DNA of 64,000 nt from Scyliorhinus canicula (GCF_902713615.1 NC_052154.1:159380754-159444753), one strand, 5' to 3'. Positions 11,201 to 25,803 are shown, numbered from the stretch's first letter. Program-made: numbers and translations. Notes: a model not told the origin generated them from the letters alone.

Positions 11201-14200
11201 CTTTCTGCACAAGCCTACAATGGGGAACCTTATCAAATGCCTTACTAAAATTCATGTACACTACATCCACTGCTTTACCTTCATCCACATGCTTGGTCAC
11301 CTCCTCAAAGAAGTCAATAAGACTTGTAAGGCAAGACCTACCCCTCACAAATCCTTGCTGACTATCCCTAATCAAGCAGTACCTTTCCAGATGCTCAGAA
11401 ATCCTATCCCTCAGTACCCTTTCCATTACTTTGCCTACCACCGAAGTAAGACTAACTGGCCTGTAATTCCCAGGGTTATCCCTATTCCCTTTTTTGAACA
11501 GGGGCACGACATTCGCCACTCTCCAACCCTCTGGTACCACCCCTGTTGACAGCGAGGACGAAAAGATCATTGCCAACGGCTCTGCAATTTCATTTCTTGC
11601 TTCCCATAGAATCCTTGGATTTATCCCGTCAGGCCCGGGGGACTTGTCTATCCTCAAGTTTTTCAAAACGCGCAACACATCTTCCTTCCTGACAAGTATC
11701 TCCTCCAGCTTATCAGTCTGTTTCACACTGTCCTCTCCATCAATATGGCCCCTCTCGCTTGTAAATACTGAAGAAAAATACTTGTTCAAGACTTCTCCTA
11801 TCTCTTCAGACACAATACACAATGTCCCGCTACTGTCCTTGATCAGACCTACCCTCGCTCTAGTCATTCTCATATTTCTCACATATGTGTAAAAGGCCTT
11901 GGGGTTTTCCTTGATCCTACCTGCCAAAGATTTTTCATGCCCTCTCTTAGCTCTCCTAATCCCTTTCTTCAGTTCCCTCCTGGCTATCTTGTATCCCTCC
12001 AGCGCCTTGTCTGAACCTTGTTTCTTCAGCCTTATATAAGTCTCCTTCTTCCTCTTAACAAGACATTCAACCTCTCTTGTCAACCATGGTTCCCTCACTC
12101 GACCATCTCTTCCCTGCCTGACAGGGACATACATATCAAAGACACGCAGTACCTGTTCCTTGAACAAGTTCCACATTTCACTTGTGTCCTTCCCTGACAG
12201 CCTATGTTCCCAACTTCTGCACTTCAATTCTTGTCTGACAGCATTGTATTTACCCTTCCCCCAATTATAAACCTTGCCCTGTTGCACGCACCTATCCCTC
12301 TCCATAACTAAAGTGAAAGTCACAGAATTGTGGTCACTACCTCCAAAATGCTCCCCCACTAACAAATCTATCACCTGCCCTGGTTCATTACCAAGTACTA
12401 AATCCAATATGGCCTCCCCTCTGGTCGGACATACTGTGTTAGAAAAGCTTCCTGGACACACTGCACAAACACTACCCCATCCAAACTATTTGATCTAAAG
12501 AGTTTCCACTCAATGTTTGGGAAGTTGAAGTCACCCATGACTACTACCCTGTGACTTCTGCACCTTTCCAAAATCTGTTTCCCAATCTGTTCCTCCACAT
12601 CTCTGCTGCTATTGGGGGACCTATAGAAAACTCCCAGCAATGTGACTGCTCCTTTCCTATTTCTGACTTCAACCCATATTACCTCAGTAGGCAGGTCCTC
12701 CTCGAACTGCCTTTCTGCAGCTGTTATACTATCTCTAATTAACAATGCCACCCCTCCCCCCCACCCCCCACCTCTTTTACCATCATCCCTAATCTTGTTG
12801 AAACATCTATAACCAGGGACCTCCAACAACCATTTCTGCCCCTCTTCTATCCAAGTTTCCGTGATGGCCACCACATCGTAGTCCCAAGTACCGATCCATG
12901 CCTTAAGTTCACCCACCTTATTCCTGATGCTTCTTGCATTAAAGTATACACACTTCAACCCATCTCCTTGCCTACAAGTACTCTCCTTTGTCAGTGTTAC
13001 TTCCCCACTGCATCACTACGTGCTTTGGCGTCCTGAATATCGGCTTCCTTAGTTGCCGGACTACAGATCCAGTTCCCATTCCCCTGCCAAATTAGTTTAA
13101 ACCCTCCCGAAGAGTACTCGAAAACCTCCCTCCCAGGATATTGGTGCCCCTCTGGTTCAGATGCAACCCGTCCTGCTTGTACAGGTCCCACCTTCCCCAG
13201 AATGCGCTCCAATTATCCAAATACCTGAAGCCCTCCCTCCTACACCATTCCTGCAGCCACGTGTTCAACTGCACTCTCTCCCTATTCCTAGCCTCGCTAT
13301 CACGTGGCACCGGCAACAAACCAGAGATGACAACTCTGTCTGTCCTGGCCTTTAACTTCCAGCCTACCTCCTTAAACTTGTTTATTACCTCCACACCCCT
13401 TTTCCTACCTATGTCGTTGGTACCAATGTGCACCACGACTTCTGGCTGCTCAACCTCCCCCTTCAGGAAACTGAAGACACGATCCAAGACATCCCTGGCC
13501 CTGGCACCCGGGAGGCAACATACCTTTCGGGAGTCTCGCTCGCGACCACAGAATCTCCTATCTATTCCCCTAACCATTGAATCTCCTATTACTATTGTTG
13601 TTGCTTATCCTTACAGATTGTGGTCTATGGATCAGGAAGTCGAGGATTCAGTTGCAGAGGGAGGAGCAAAGTCCAAGGTTTTGGAGTTTTGTTAAGACGT
13701 TGGCTGGCATTATGGTGTTGAAGGCAGAACTATCATCACTGAATATGAAGTTGACAGATCAATGGAGATGGTCAGAGAAGATAAGTAGAAAGAAGAATAT
13801 TCAAGAGTGAGGTACAAGAAGGAGTTCTGTTCTTCAAACTGGGAACATTGATTACGAGATTGAAGTGCTATACCCAAATACTGGATACATAGAAAAGCCA
13901 AACTTACAATTTATTAATTTCTGGGCAAAAATTATGGGCTACATTAAAATGGGCATGCTTCCAAATCAGAGATATTGACTAAATTTGAAACAATTGTGGG
14001 TATTGCATATTCTGGGAACCAACAAAGGGAAAGCCACAGGAGATAGGTGGGGCAATTAGCATAAAACCAACTGTTAAGCAGTTACCCCAGGCTACTAAAC
14101 ACTTAAAAATTTCAGCAGGTCAGGTAAGATACAAGAAGCCAGTCAGTAATGCACTGTCTACTACCAGGCTTGATCAAATGAAGGCCGCGAGCTGCAGGCC

Positions 14201-17200
14201 CTTTTTTGCGGACCCGAAAGCCACTGTTCAAAAACTGCTAGCCAAAAACCGCTAGGCCAGGCCGCTACGATCCAATGCTTATAAGTGAAATTCATGATTA
14301 TGCAAGGGGTGACTCCTCCAATCATGTCCCATTCCTGTGTTTGCTGCTGATAAATGAACCTATCAGCAGCAAATGAGGAAGAGCAATAGTGGGGGAGCAA
14401 CAAACACCAGCAGTGGCGAGTATGCGGAGGACTGCCAGGCACAGGGAAACTAAAAGTGCAGGAGTAGATGGACCTGGGTGTACGTGTACATAGATCATTG
14501 AAGTTGGCAGTACGGGTGAATAGAGAAGTTAAAACGCATATAATAGTGGGCTTTATTAATAGGGGCATAGAGTACCAGAGCAAGGAGGCTATGATCAATG
14601 TATACAGGACACGGGTTAGACTTCAACTGAAACATTGGGCACGATTTAACCACTGCATTGTGCCTGCTGTGGATCTGGGCGCCCCGATTAAAAAGCGGGA
14701 AAGGCCAAAATCGAGATTTGCGTGCTATCTAATCAGCCCGCTCCCGATGGCAAATTCCGGATCACATCAAAATATGGTGAGCATATCATTAACCATAATT
14801 TGCATTCATTTCCATCTCATTCGCGAGACTACAGTTGAATGCAACGGCCTCCTGGGAATTAGCTGGCTCCTCAGCAAGAAATCATGTGGGCATTGTTCAG
14901 TACTCCTTTTTAAAAACATAGAACATAGAACGATACAGCGCAGTACAGGCCCTTCGGCCCTCGATGTTGCACCGACATGGAAAAAAACTAAAGGCCATCT
15001 AACCTACACTATGCCCTTATCATCCATATGCTTATCCAATAAATTTTTAAATGCCCTCAATGTTGGCGAGTTCACTACTGTTGCAGGTAGGGCATTCCAC
15101 GGCCTCACCACTCTTTGCGTAAAAAACCCACCTCTGACCTCTGTCCTATATCTATTACCCCTCAATTTAAGGCTATGTCCCCTCGTGCTAGCCACCTCCA
15201 TCCGCGGGAGAAGGCTCTCGCTGTCCACCCTATCTAACCCTCTGATCATTTTGTATGCCTCTATTAAGTCACCTCTTAACCTTCCTCTCTCTAACGAAAA
15301 CAACCTCAAGTCCATCAGCCTTTCCTCATAAGATTTTCCCTCCATACCAGGCAACATCCTGGTAAATCTCCTCTGCACCCGTTCCAAAGCTTCCACGTCC
15401 TTCCTATAATGAGGCGACCAGAACTGTACGCAATACTCCAAATGCAGCCGTACTAGAGTTTTGTACAACTTGAACATGACCTCATGGCTCCGGAACTCAA
15501 TCCCTCTACCAATAAAGGCCAACACACCATAGGCCTTCTTCACAACCCTATCAACCTGGGTGGCAACTTTCAGGGATCTATGTACATGGACACCGAGATC
15601 CCTCTGCTCATCCACACTACCAAGAATTTTACCATTAGCCAAATATTCCGCATTCCTGTTATTCTTTCCAAAGTGAATCACCTCACACTTCTCCACATTA
15701 AACTCCATTTGCCACCTCTCAGCCCAGCTCTGCAGCTTATCTATGTCCCTCTGTAACCTGCAACATCCTTCCGCACTGTCTACAACTCCACCGACTTTAG
15801 TGTCGTCTGCAAATTTACTCACCCATCCTTCTGCGCCCTCCTCTAGGTCATTTATAAAAATGACAAACAGCAACGGCCCCAGAACAGATCCTTGTGGTAC
15901 GCCACTCGTAATTGAACTCCATTCTGAACATTTCCCATCAACTACCACTCTCTGTCTTCTTTCAACTAGCCAATTTCTGATCCACATCTCTAAATCACCC
16001 TCAATCCCCAGCCTCCGTATTTTCTGCAATAGCCGACCGTGGGGAACCTTATCAAACGCTTTACTGAAATCCATATACACCACATCAACTGCTCTACCCT
16101 CGTCTACCTGTTCAGTCACCTTCTCAAAGAACTCGATAAGGTTTGTGAGGCATGACCTACCCTTCACAAAACCATGCTGACTATCCCTAATCATATTATT
16201 CCTATCTAGATGATTATAAATCGTATCTTTTATAATCCTCTCCAAGACCTTACCCACCACAGACGTTAGGCTCACCGGCCTATAGTTACCGGGGTTATCT
16301 CTACTCCCCTTCTTGAACAAAGGGACCACATTTGCTATCCTCCAGTCCTCTGGCACTATTCCTGTAGCCAATGATGACCTAAAAATCAAAGCCAAAGGCT
16401 CAGCAATCTCTTCCCTGGCTTCCCAGAGAATCCTAGGATAAATCCCATCCGGCCCCGGGGACTTATCTATTTTCACCTTGTCCAGAATTGCCAACACTTC
16501 TTCCCTACGCACTTCAATGCCATCTATTCTAATAGCCTGTGTCTCAGCATTCTCCTCCACAATATTATCTTTTTCTTGAGTGAATACTGACGAAAAGTAT
16601 TCATTTAGTATCTCGCTTATCTCCTCAGCCTCCACACACAACTTCCCACCACTGTCCTTGACTGGCCCTACTCTTACCCTAGTCATTCTTTTATTCCTGA
16701 CACACCTATAGAAAGCTTTTGGGTTTTCCTTGATCCTACCTGCCAAAGACTTCTCATGTCCCCTCCTTACTCGTCTCAGCTCTCTCTTTAGATCCTTCCT
16801 CGCTTCCTTGTAACTATTAAGCGCCCCAACTGAAACTTCATGCCTCATCTTCACATAGGCCTCCTTCTTCCTCTTAACAAGAGATTCCACTTCTTTGGTA
16901 AACCACGGTTCCCTCGCTCAACCCCTTCCTCCCTGCCTGACTGGTACGTACTTATCAAGAACATGCAATAGCTGTTCCTTGAACAAGCTCCACATATCCA
17001 GTGTGCCCAACCCTTGCAGCCTACTTCTCCAACCAACACATCCTAAGTCATGTCTAATGGCATCATAATTGCCCTTCCCACAGCTATAACTCTTGCCCTG
17101 CGGGGTATACTTATCCCTTTCCATCACTAACGTAAAGGTCACCGAATTGTGGTCACTGTTTCCAAAGTGCTCACCTACCTCCAGATCTAACACCTGGCCT

Positions 17201-20200
17201 GGTTCATTACCCAAAACCAAATCCAATGTGGCCTCGCCTCTTGTTGGCCTGTCAACATATTGTGTCAGAAAACCCTCCTGCACACATTGTACAAAGAACG
17301 ACCCATCTAATGTACTCAAACTATATATTTTCCAGTCAATATTTGGAAAGTTAAAGTCTCCCATAACAACTACCCTGTTACTTTCGCTCTTTTCCAGAAT
17401 CATCTTCGCCATCCTTTCCTCTACATCCCTAGAACTATTAGGTGGCCTATAGAAAACTCCCAACAGGGTGACCTCTCCTTTCCTGTTTCTAACCTCAGCC
17501 CATACTACCTCAGAAGAAGAGTCCCCATCTAGCATCCTTTCCGCCACCATAATACTGTCCTTGACTAGCAGCGCCACACCTCCCCCTCTTTTGCCCCCTT
17601 CTCTGAGCTTACTAAAACACCTAAACCCCGGAACCTGCAACAACCATTCCTGTCCCTGCTCTATCCATGTCTCTGAAATGGCCACAACGTCGAAGTCCCA
17701 GGTACCAACCCATGCTGCCAGTTCCCCTACCTTATTTCGTATACTCCTGGCATTGAAGTAGACACACTTCAAACCACCTACCTGAACACTGGCACCCTCC
17801 TGCGAAGTCAAATCTGTGCTCCTGACCTCTATACTCTCAATCTCCCGTACCCCAAAACTACAATCCAGGTTCCCATGCCCCTGCTGAATTAGTTTAAACC
17901 CCCCCAAAGAGCACTAACAAATCTCCCCCCCCCAGGATATTGGTGCCCCTCAGGTTCAGATGTAGACCATCCTGAAGCTGCTGCATGGGCTGCTGAGGGT
18001 AATGAAGGAGGTGAGTAGCCATTTCTATTTTCCGGCATGCATCTAAAGACCCTGGAGCTGTACCTGTGCCAGTGGGGGGGAGGGGGGGGGCTTTTCATCT
18101 GTTAGGCCTTTAAATATTGTGAAGACCCATAACAGGGGAAACACCAGGTGCTGCCTATCTGTCAAACTAAACATCTTTAAACTCCGTGTCAATAAGGCGG
18201 TAATGTCGGAAAATGGGATGCTGCTGTGATCACTTCATTCCTTCTTTATTTTAGGAGGATCAGAGTGGTATCTCTACCAAACATGAAAGCAGACCTAAAA
18301 AAAATGTCCAGGACATTCTGTATAATAACCTGAAATGTCATACTGATGCCACTATGGATTACAACATGCACAAAACAAGAACTTCTCAAAATGAGCACTT
18401 TACCTTCATCAGGTGCTTTGTTTTCATTAGTTCCATCTTTATCGTTACCATCTGAACAGAGAAACAACTTAATTAAATACATTGGAAGCGTTTATTTAAT
18501 TTGACCAAAGTTAGTGTATTAAGTAACTCAGCCAATTGTATTGAAACAAACTGAAGTCACCAAAAATAAACTATTTCTAGCAGTAAAATAAAGTTCCAAT
18601 GCCGGATCATGTGATGCGGGTGAGGGAATAGCAGCTTTTCCGCGGGCTCTAGTGCCACTCGCTTTATAATGTCATTTATCTTGATTGCCCGGCACAAATT
18701 TGCCTAATCTGTGAATTAATAGTTGATGTTATGACCCTCATAGACCTCTGGATTAGTATTGGTGAGAATATGCCGACAAACATGACAAAATCCGGCAGTA
18801 AAAGAGAGCATTCAGATTTAACGGGACTTTGCAGAACTGGCCTCGGCTAATTCATTTGTGGCCAGTGACTTCAAGTGTCATCTTAACGCATGATAAAAAT
18901 CTCCCTGTCACCTCCCATTCCACCCTCTACCCGAGCACTAGCTTTGGATGTGTGGAGGACATCCATGGGATAGTGATTTTCCTTTTACTCAGCTCATTAG
19001 TTTCACACTAGAGTTGACCATCTTTTAGTGCCTTGGGCGATCCTATATTCGGTCTCTTGTTCTATAGGCAGTATTGTCATCACCAACCATGCTCCCATTT
19101 TCCTGGAATTTTGCGATTGGAGATCTGTTTCACGGGGGAAAAGGGCCACAAACAAGCAATTTGTGAAGGAAGTTAACGCAGCACGGTTGGCTGTCTCCTT
19201 AATGACACATCAGGCTGAGAGAAGCTTAACATTTGCAACTCAGAAACTGTAAGAGTCTGGGAATAAACCGAGAAAATACTTGGCCTACTTGACTAAGAAG
19301 TAGGCAGACTCCAGGGCTATCCTCTCTGTATGTTGTTGGGGGGGGGGGGGGAGGGGGTGAAGTTAATGAAAATGAAGGTGATCAAAGCGATTTTGGGGGA
19401 TTTCAATGCTGAATTATATAAATCTGATCAGTCTGGTGATGTGATGGCAGATATGGTATGTTTTGTCTCTTCCCTTGCTCTCCTTGCGGCTTCGGAGGAT
19501 CAGCGCTTGGCCCTTAATGCTCTCATTTTTAAAGACGAGATGGCTGCAGCTATTAAGGAACTTTAACCAGGCAAAGCCCCGGGGCCAGATGGTTTTGGGT
19601 GTGAGTTTACAGGGAGTTTAAGGATCTTTTGATGAAACCATTGGTGGCTCTGTAATTGTCTGTATTGTCTCTGTAATTTTGAAGATAGGTAAAGACCCGG
19701 AGGAATGTGCCTCTTACAGGCCAATCTCTCTGTTGAATGTTGATTTGAAATTGTTATCTAATGCACTGGTGAGAAAGTTGGAGAGTATCCGTCCGACAAT
19801 TATTCAGGAGGACCAGAGTGGGTTTATTAAGGGCAGGTTCTCCAGTAACCATGTAATGAGATTGCCGGACATGATTCAGGCTTTCCAGAAGTGGGCTCTG
19901 GATGCACTGGTGATCTCCTTGGATGGGAAGAAAGTCTTTAATCGGGTTGAGTAATTACATACAATGCGTATGGGCCTATGTTAAGATTCAATCCTATTGA
20001 TCTGGTGTAGTCAGAGAGTTGAAGAAAATCTTTGACAAAACCTTGGAGTTTAACCTTTTGTTCCTAGTTTTGGGTCTTTCAGATGGGAGAATTACTGATG
20101 TTAACTACTGACGTGACTGAATAAAGGCTGTACAATATATCGTGACTTTTGCAGCTTGTAAGATTATCCGATGCTCCTGGAGTAGTGACAAATATCGTTC

Positions 20201-23200
20201 AATTGAAAATGGGGATAAATTAGTTATGGATTGTATTTCTATGGAACCTCTGACATCTGTGATCTGTTCAATATCTCATGCATTCCATAGAGTATTGGGG
20301 GATTTGTTTTTTGTCACATGTACCGAGGTACAGTGAAAAGTATTTTTCTGCGAGCAACTCAACAGATCATTAAGTACATGGGAAGAAAAGGGAATAAAAG
20401 AAAATACATAATAGAGCAACACAAGGTATACAATGTAACTACATAAGCACCGGCATCGGATGAAGCATACAGGGTGCAGTGTTAATAAGGTCAGTCCATA
20501 AGAGGGTCATTTAGGAGTCTGGTGACACTGGGGAAGAAGCTGTTTTTGAGTCTGTTCGTGCGTGTTCTCAGACTTCTGTATCTCCTGCCCGATGGAAGAA
20601 GTTGAAAGAGTGAGTAAGTCGGGTGGGAGAGATCTTTGATTATGCTGCCCACTTTCCCCAGGCAGCGGGAGGTGTAGAGGAGTCAATGGATGGGAGGCAG
20701 GTTCATGTGATGGACTGGGCAGTGTTCACGACTCTCTGAAGTTTCTTGCGGTCCTGGGTCGAGCAGTTGCCATACCAGGCTGTGATGCAGCCCGATAGGA
20801 TGCTTTCTATGGTGCATCTGTAAAAGTTGGTAAGGGTTAATATGGACATGCTGAAATTCCTTAGTTTCCTGAGGAAATATAGGTGCTTTTGTGCTTTCTT
20901 GGTGGTAACGTCGACGTGGGTGGACCAGGACAGATTTTTGGAGATGTGCATCCCTAAGAATTTGAAACTGCTAACCATCTCCACCTTGGCCCCGTTGATG
21001 CTGACAGGTGTGTGTACAGTACTTTGCTTCTTGAAGTCAATGACCAGCGCTTTAGTTTTGCTGGCATTGTGGGAGAGATTGTTGTCATTACACCACTCCA
21101 CTAGGTTCTCTATCTCCTTCCTGTATTCTGACTCGTCGTTATTCGAGATCCGGCCCATTATGGTTGTATCATCAGCAAACGTGTAGATGGAGTTGGAACC
21201 AAATTTTGCCATGCAGTCGTGTGTTTACAGGGAGTAGAGTAGGGGGCTAAGTACGCAGCCTTGCGGGGCCCCGGTATTGAGGACTATTGTGGAGGAGGTG
21301 TTGTTGTTCATTCTTACTGATTGTGGCCTGTTGGTCAGAAAATCGAGGATCCAGTTGCAGAGTGGGGAGCCAAGTCCCAGGTTTTTGGAGCTTTGATATG
21401 AGCTTGGCTGGGATTATGGTGTTGAAGGCGGAGCTGTAGTCAATAAATAGGAGTCGGATGTAGGAGTCCTTGTTTTCGAGATGCTCCAGGGATGAGTGTA
21501 GGGCCAGGGAAATGGCGTCTGATGTGGACCGGTTGCAACGGTATGCGAATTGCAGTGGATCAAGGCGTTCTGGGAGTATGGAGGTGATGCGCTTCATGAT
21601 CAATCTCTCAAAGCACTTCATTACGATTGAAGTCAGGGCCACCGTACGGTAGTCATTGAGGCACATTGCCTGGTTCTTCTTTGGCACCGGTATGATGGTG
21701 GTCTTCTTGAAACAGGTGGGGACCTCAGAGTGGAGTAGGGACAGGTTAAAGATGTCCGTGAACACCTCTGGCAGCTGGTCCGCGCAGGCTCTGAGTGCAC
21801 GACCAGGGGTCCCGTCCGGTTCCGTCGCCTTCTGAGGGTTCACTTTCAGGAAGGCCGATCTGACTGGAAGCGGTGATGGTGGGTATGGATGAATTATGAG
21901 CTGCTGGGGCACTCGACAGCAGATTGTTGGTTACCTTCTCGAACCAAGTATAGAATGCATTGAGTTCATCGGGGAGGGGTGCGCTGCTGCCAGAGATACC
22001 GCTCGGGCTTTGCTTTGTAGCCCGTTATGCTGTTTAGTCCTTGCCACAACTGCCGCGAGTCTGTCTGTGACTCTAGCTTGGTTTGATATTCTCTCTTGGC
22101 ATCTCGGATGGATTTGCGGAGGTCGTACCTGGATTTCTTGTCTAGGTCAGGGTCGTCTGCCTCGAACGCCTCAGACCTGTCCTTCAGTAGGGAGTCAATC
22201 TCGCAATTGAGCCATGGTTTCCGGTTGGGGAATGTACGTACTGCTTTCTTTGGCACGCAGTCGTCCACACAGGGACCCCATAGACTCCACCCTGTCCGAC
22301 TTGCTCCTGTTGGACTTTCCATGAGCCATATTGTAAGTCTTGATCTCGCAATACATGAAGATGTGCAGTTTGAATGGTTGTTATTCTTTGTACTTTTATG
22401 GCCCTAATACTTCTTCCCCCCTTAATCTGTTATTAACCTGCTATTGGATTGATCCGGTATCAAAACTGGAGGCACTAGTTCCTTAAGTATGCTGTTTTAA
22501 ATTTAGCCTATCTTGTTTGTTTCTATATTTGCAATAATTTTAGTTCTGTACTGTACCTGTTTTGCATTGTTAATTACTTTCTTTCTAATCAATGGTGATA
22601 TTTGTGAAAAATCCAATAAAAATATTTTCAGTATCAAATAATCAAATGAAAATGCTTAGAGTTCAACAAAACCATCAATATTACAACTATAACAAATGAA
22701 ATGAAATGCTTTATTCTGAATCTGACTCCAATAAAACAACACACCTTGAAGGAGCAATTTGAGATTTTTCTCTTGAATTTTCTTGGTTGCTGCATGAAGC
22801 ACCTCGCATCTGAATAAACTCCCATGATCATCCTCAGCTGCAATAAATTCTATGCTCGCAATTGATGAAAAGAGACTATCATCAGCAATCACAGGTGAAG
22901 GACGGTTAATTACCCCTAGAAAAGGTTTCTCATTTTTAAACCACTTTACTTGGACGGGAGCAGGAGCATAGCTTGTCAATGAGACACTCAATATTATAGG
23001 CTGGGAAACATCAGGGAACGCTGGACCAACTTTAATAGCAGACAAGGTAGGAGAAAGAGCTGAAAAACAAATAAAAGGTTTATGATTAATCTTTAACTTA
23101 CAAATAAGGGGCTTTTCAAAGTAACTTCATTGAAGCCTACTTGTGACAATAAGCAATTTTCATTTCAAAAAGAACAAGTGTTTTTCCAATTTGGATTACT

Positions 23201-24633
23201 ATTTTTTTAAATTTTAGAGTACCAATTCTTTTTTTTTCTAATTAAGGGGCAATTTAGCATGGCATTCCCAGAATCTGGCACATCATAATTGAAGTTTCTT
23301 TTGTTTTTCTGCCTCCGTAGATAGTTCAGGCAGTGTCCTATTGGGCCCCCCCTCCACCTACTCTCTGCCTCCCCACCACCCGCCTTTCGCCTCTCTCCCC
23401 ACCACCCCCTTTCCTTTCCCTTCTGTAGGTACAGAGGTGAGGGTATCTGATCTTTCCAGCACAAAGTTTAGTGTTTGTACCATTTGTTTATTTTGTAGAA
23501 ATGTGTTTTGAACTGTTCCCTGTACATTGGTACTGAGGGGAGGGGTACCCTGTTTCTCCAACACAAAATTAGTGTTTGTACCTTTTGGCCCTGTATACAT
23601 TTTTTATTGTTTTAATAAAAAGATATGGCCAATTCACCAACCCTGCACATCTTTTTGGGTTGTGGGGGTGAGACCCACAGAGACACGGGGAGAATGTACA
23701 AACTCCACATGGGCAGTGACCCGGGGCCAGGGTCGAACCCAGGTCCTCAGCGCCGTGAGGCAGCAGTGCCACCGTGCTGTCCCAATTTATAATTATTTTT
23801 AATTAAAAAATAATAATAATACCACAAGTAGGCTTATGTTACACTACAATGAAGTTACTGTGAAAATCCCCAATACTCTGGCGCTTGTTCCGGTCCACTG
23901 AAGGAGAATTCAGAATTTCCAATTCCCCTAACAAGCACGTCTTTTGGGACTTGTGGGATGAAACCGGAGCATCCGGACGAAACCCACGCACACACGGGGA
24001 GAACATGCAAACTCCGCACAGACAGTGACCCAAGCCGGGAATCGAACCTGGGACCCTGATGCTGTGAAGCCACAGTGCAAACCATTGTGCTACCATGACG
24101 CCGTACACAATATACACAAATTCATCCAAGTTAATATCTCAATTTATGGAAGTTAAGATCTCATGAACTTTCTGAAAGGTTACCATCAGAATTATTCTAA
24201 TACTTTCTGCAGATGCACAGCTTACATAGTTATATAAAATATTCTGAAAACAGCATTAATCTTGTGAAGATGGTGGTGGGGTTTTGGTGTACCACTTTAC
24301 AGCAGCATGTCATAATAGACATCCACCGGTGTCCCAAACAACAAAGGTCACTGAATTAACGCTCCTCAGGCAGGAAGTAGTACTGCACAAAAGAAAAAAA
24401 AATCTATCCAACTCCTACTTGAAATATCCGTACTAAAAGTTTAGTATTTTTAAAAACCTGAAGAACTGATGACTTCAGGTAAGAAAAGGTTCCGGACGTT
24501 TCTGAGATTTAGCTTCTATAAACGGAATTACTTTTATAATTTTATAGAGTGAATATAACTACCTTAATTCAAATATCCTTCCTTTAAGTAGCTTCAATTG
24601 AAGATTTCCTTCTCCGACTTATCAAATTCTTAG

Positions 24634-24665
<32 letters not shown>

Positions 24666-25803
24666 ACCACCACACACCCACACAATCTCTAGTATCTAGT
24701 TGGATTCTGTTAGATTATTTGTGTGCGACTTCGTAAATGCATTCACTTGATCATAAACATTTAAGTGTGAAGAGGAACTTTTCAAATTGGAGGAGAAAAG
24801 GATCAGGATAAAACCTACCTGGACATGTTAAAAATGTAGTTTTTGTAATTGGCACTTTTAATTGAATGTGATTCACGTGGAAGGAAAATTCTTCATCAAA
24901 ATTTTCTGCAGTTGTTTTTATTTGCAAATGGGAAGTCAACCGAAAACATCCATTTTCCTCCCTCACGGGTCCTTTAACTGTCATGCCACTGACTACCTGC
25001 TTTCCATTCTTTCGCCAAAATGTTTCAATAGCTTGTGGGTAAAAGTTAGAGACGTTGCAGATCAAAGTAAGATCTGTACCATACATTGAGTCTGGTGGGT
25101 CAAATTTGATATCTTCAACAGATGGAATTCCTGTAAAGATTGCACAAAACCAGAGTTGATTACTGTATAAAATAGCCATTATGTTGGAGTATCAAAAGGA
25201 AATTCAAAACATGTCTTTTCCCCCCAAATGTTGATGTTTATACAAGGACAGTCACCATTTTTCCCCCAAATGTGGATGTTTATACAAGGACAGTCACCAA
25301 ATTTACCATTCTGCAACTTAGGCCTTTTTCAAAGATTATGACAACATCAAGAAAACCTTCTTACTTCACAGAAGATTTCTGCTGCTGATTTGATAATCAC
25401 AGCTATGTTGGAATAGCGCAATTTAGGGCCAATGCTGCCAACAAAAGGAGGTCATATGCACAGAAGGAATGTAAGCAATATAGCACTATTTCTCAGGGCA
25501 CTCCAAATGTTGTCATAACCAAAAAAGCAATGAAATGAAAAGCGCTTATTGTCACAAGTAGGCTTCAAATGAAGTTACTGTGAAAAGCCCCTGGTCGCCA
25601 CATTCCGGCACCTGTTCAGGGAGGCTGGTACGGGAATTGAACCGAGCTCCTGGCCTGCCTTGGTCTGCTTTAAAAGCCAGCGATTTAGCCCAGTGTGCTA
25701 AACCAGCCCCTAATGCCAGCATTGTGTTGGAGGCAGCTGTACTCAGCACCGGTCATCCTGAGAATCAGGGGAGAACAAGTAAGGTTAAAAGTAAGGTTAA
25801 GGT

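Noticed and set aside
24632-24665. Long poly-C/poly-G runs (also 954-970, 25803-25832, 63853-63878)
   Set aside because: Common homopolymers in this genome with unreliable lengths; no evidence of function.
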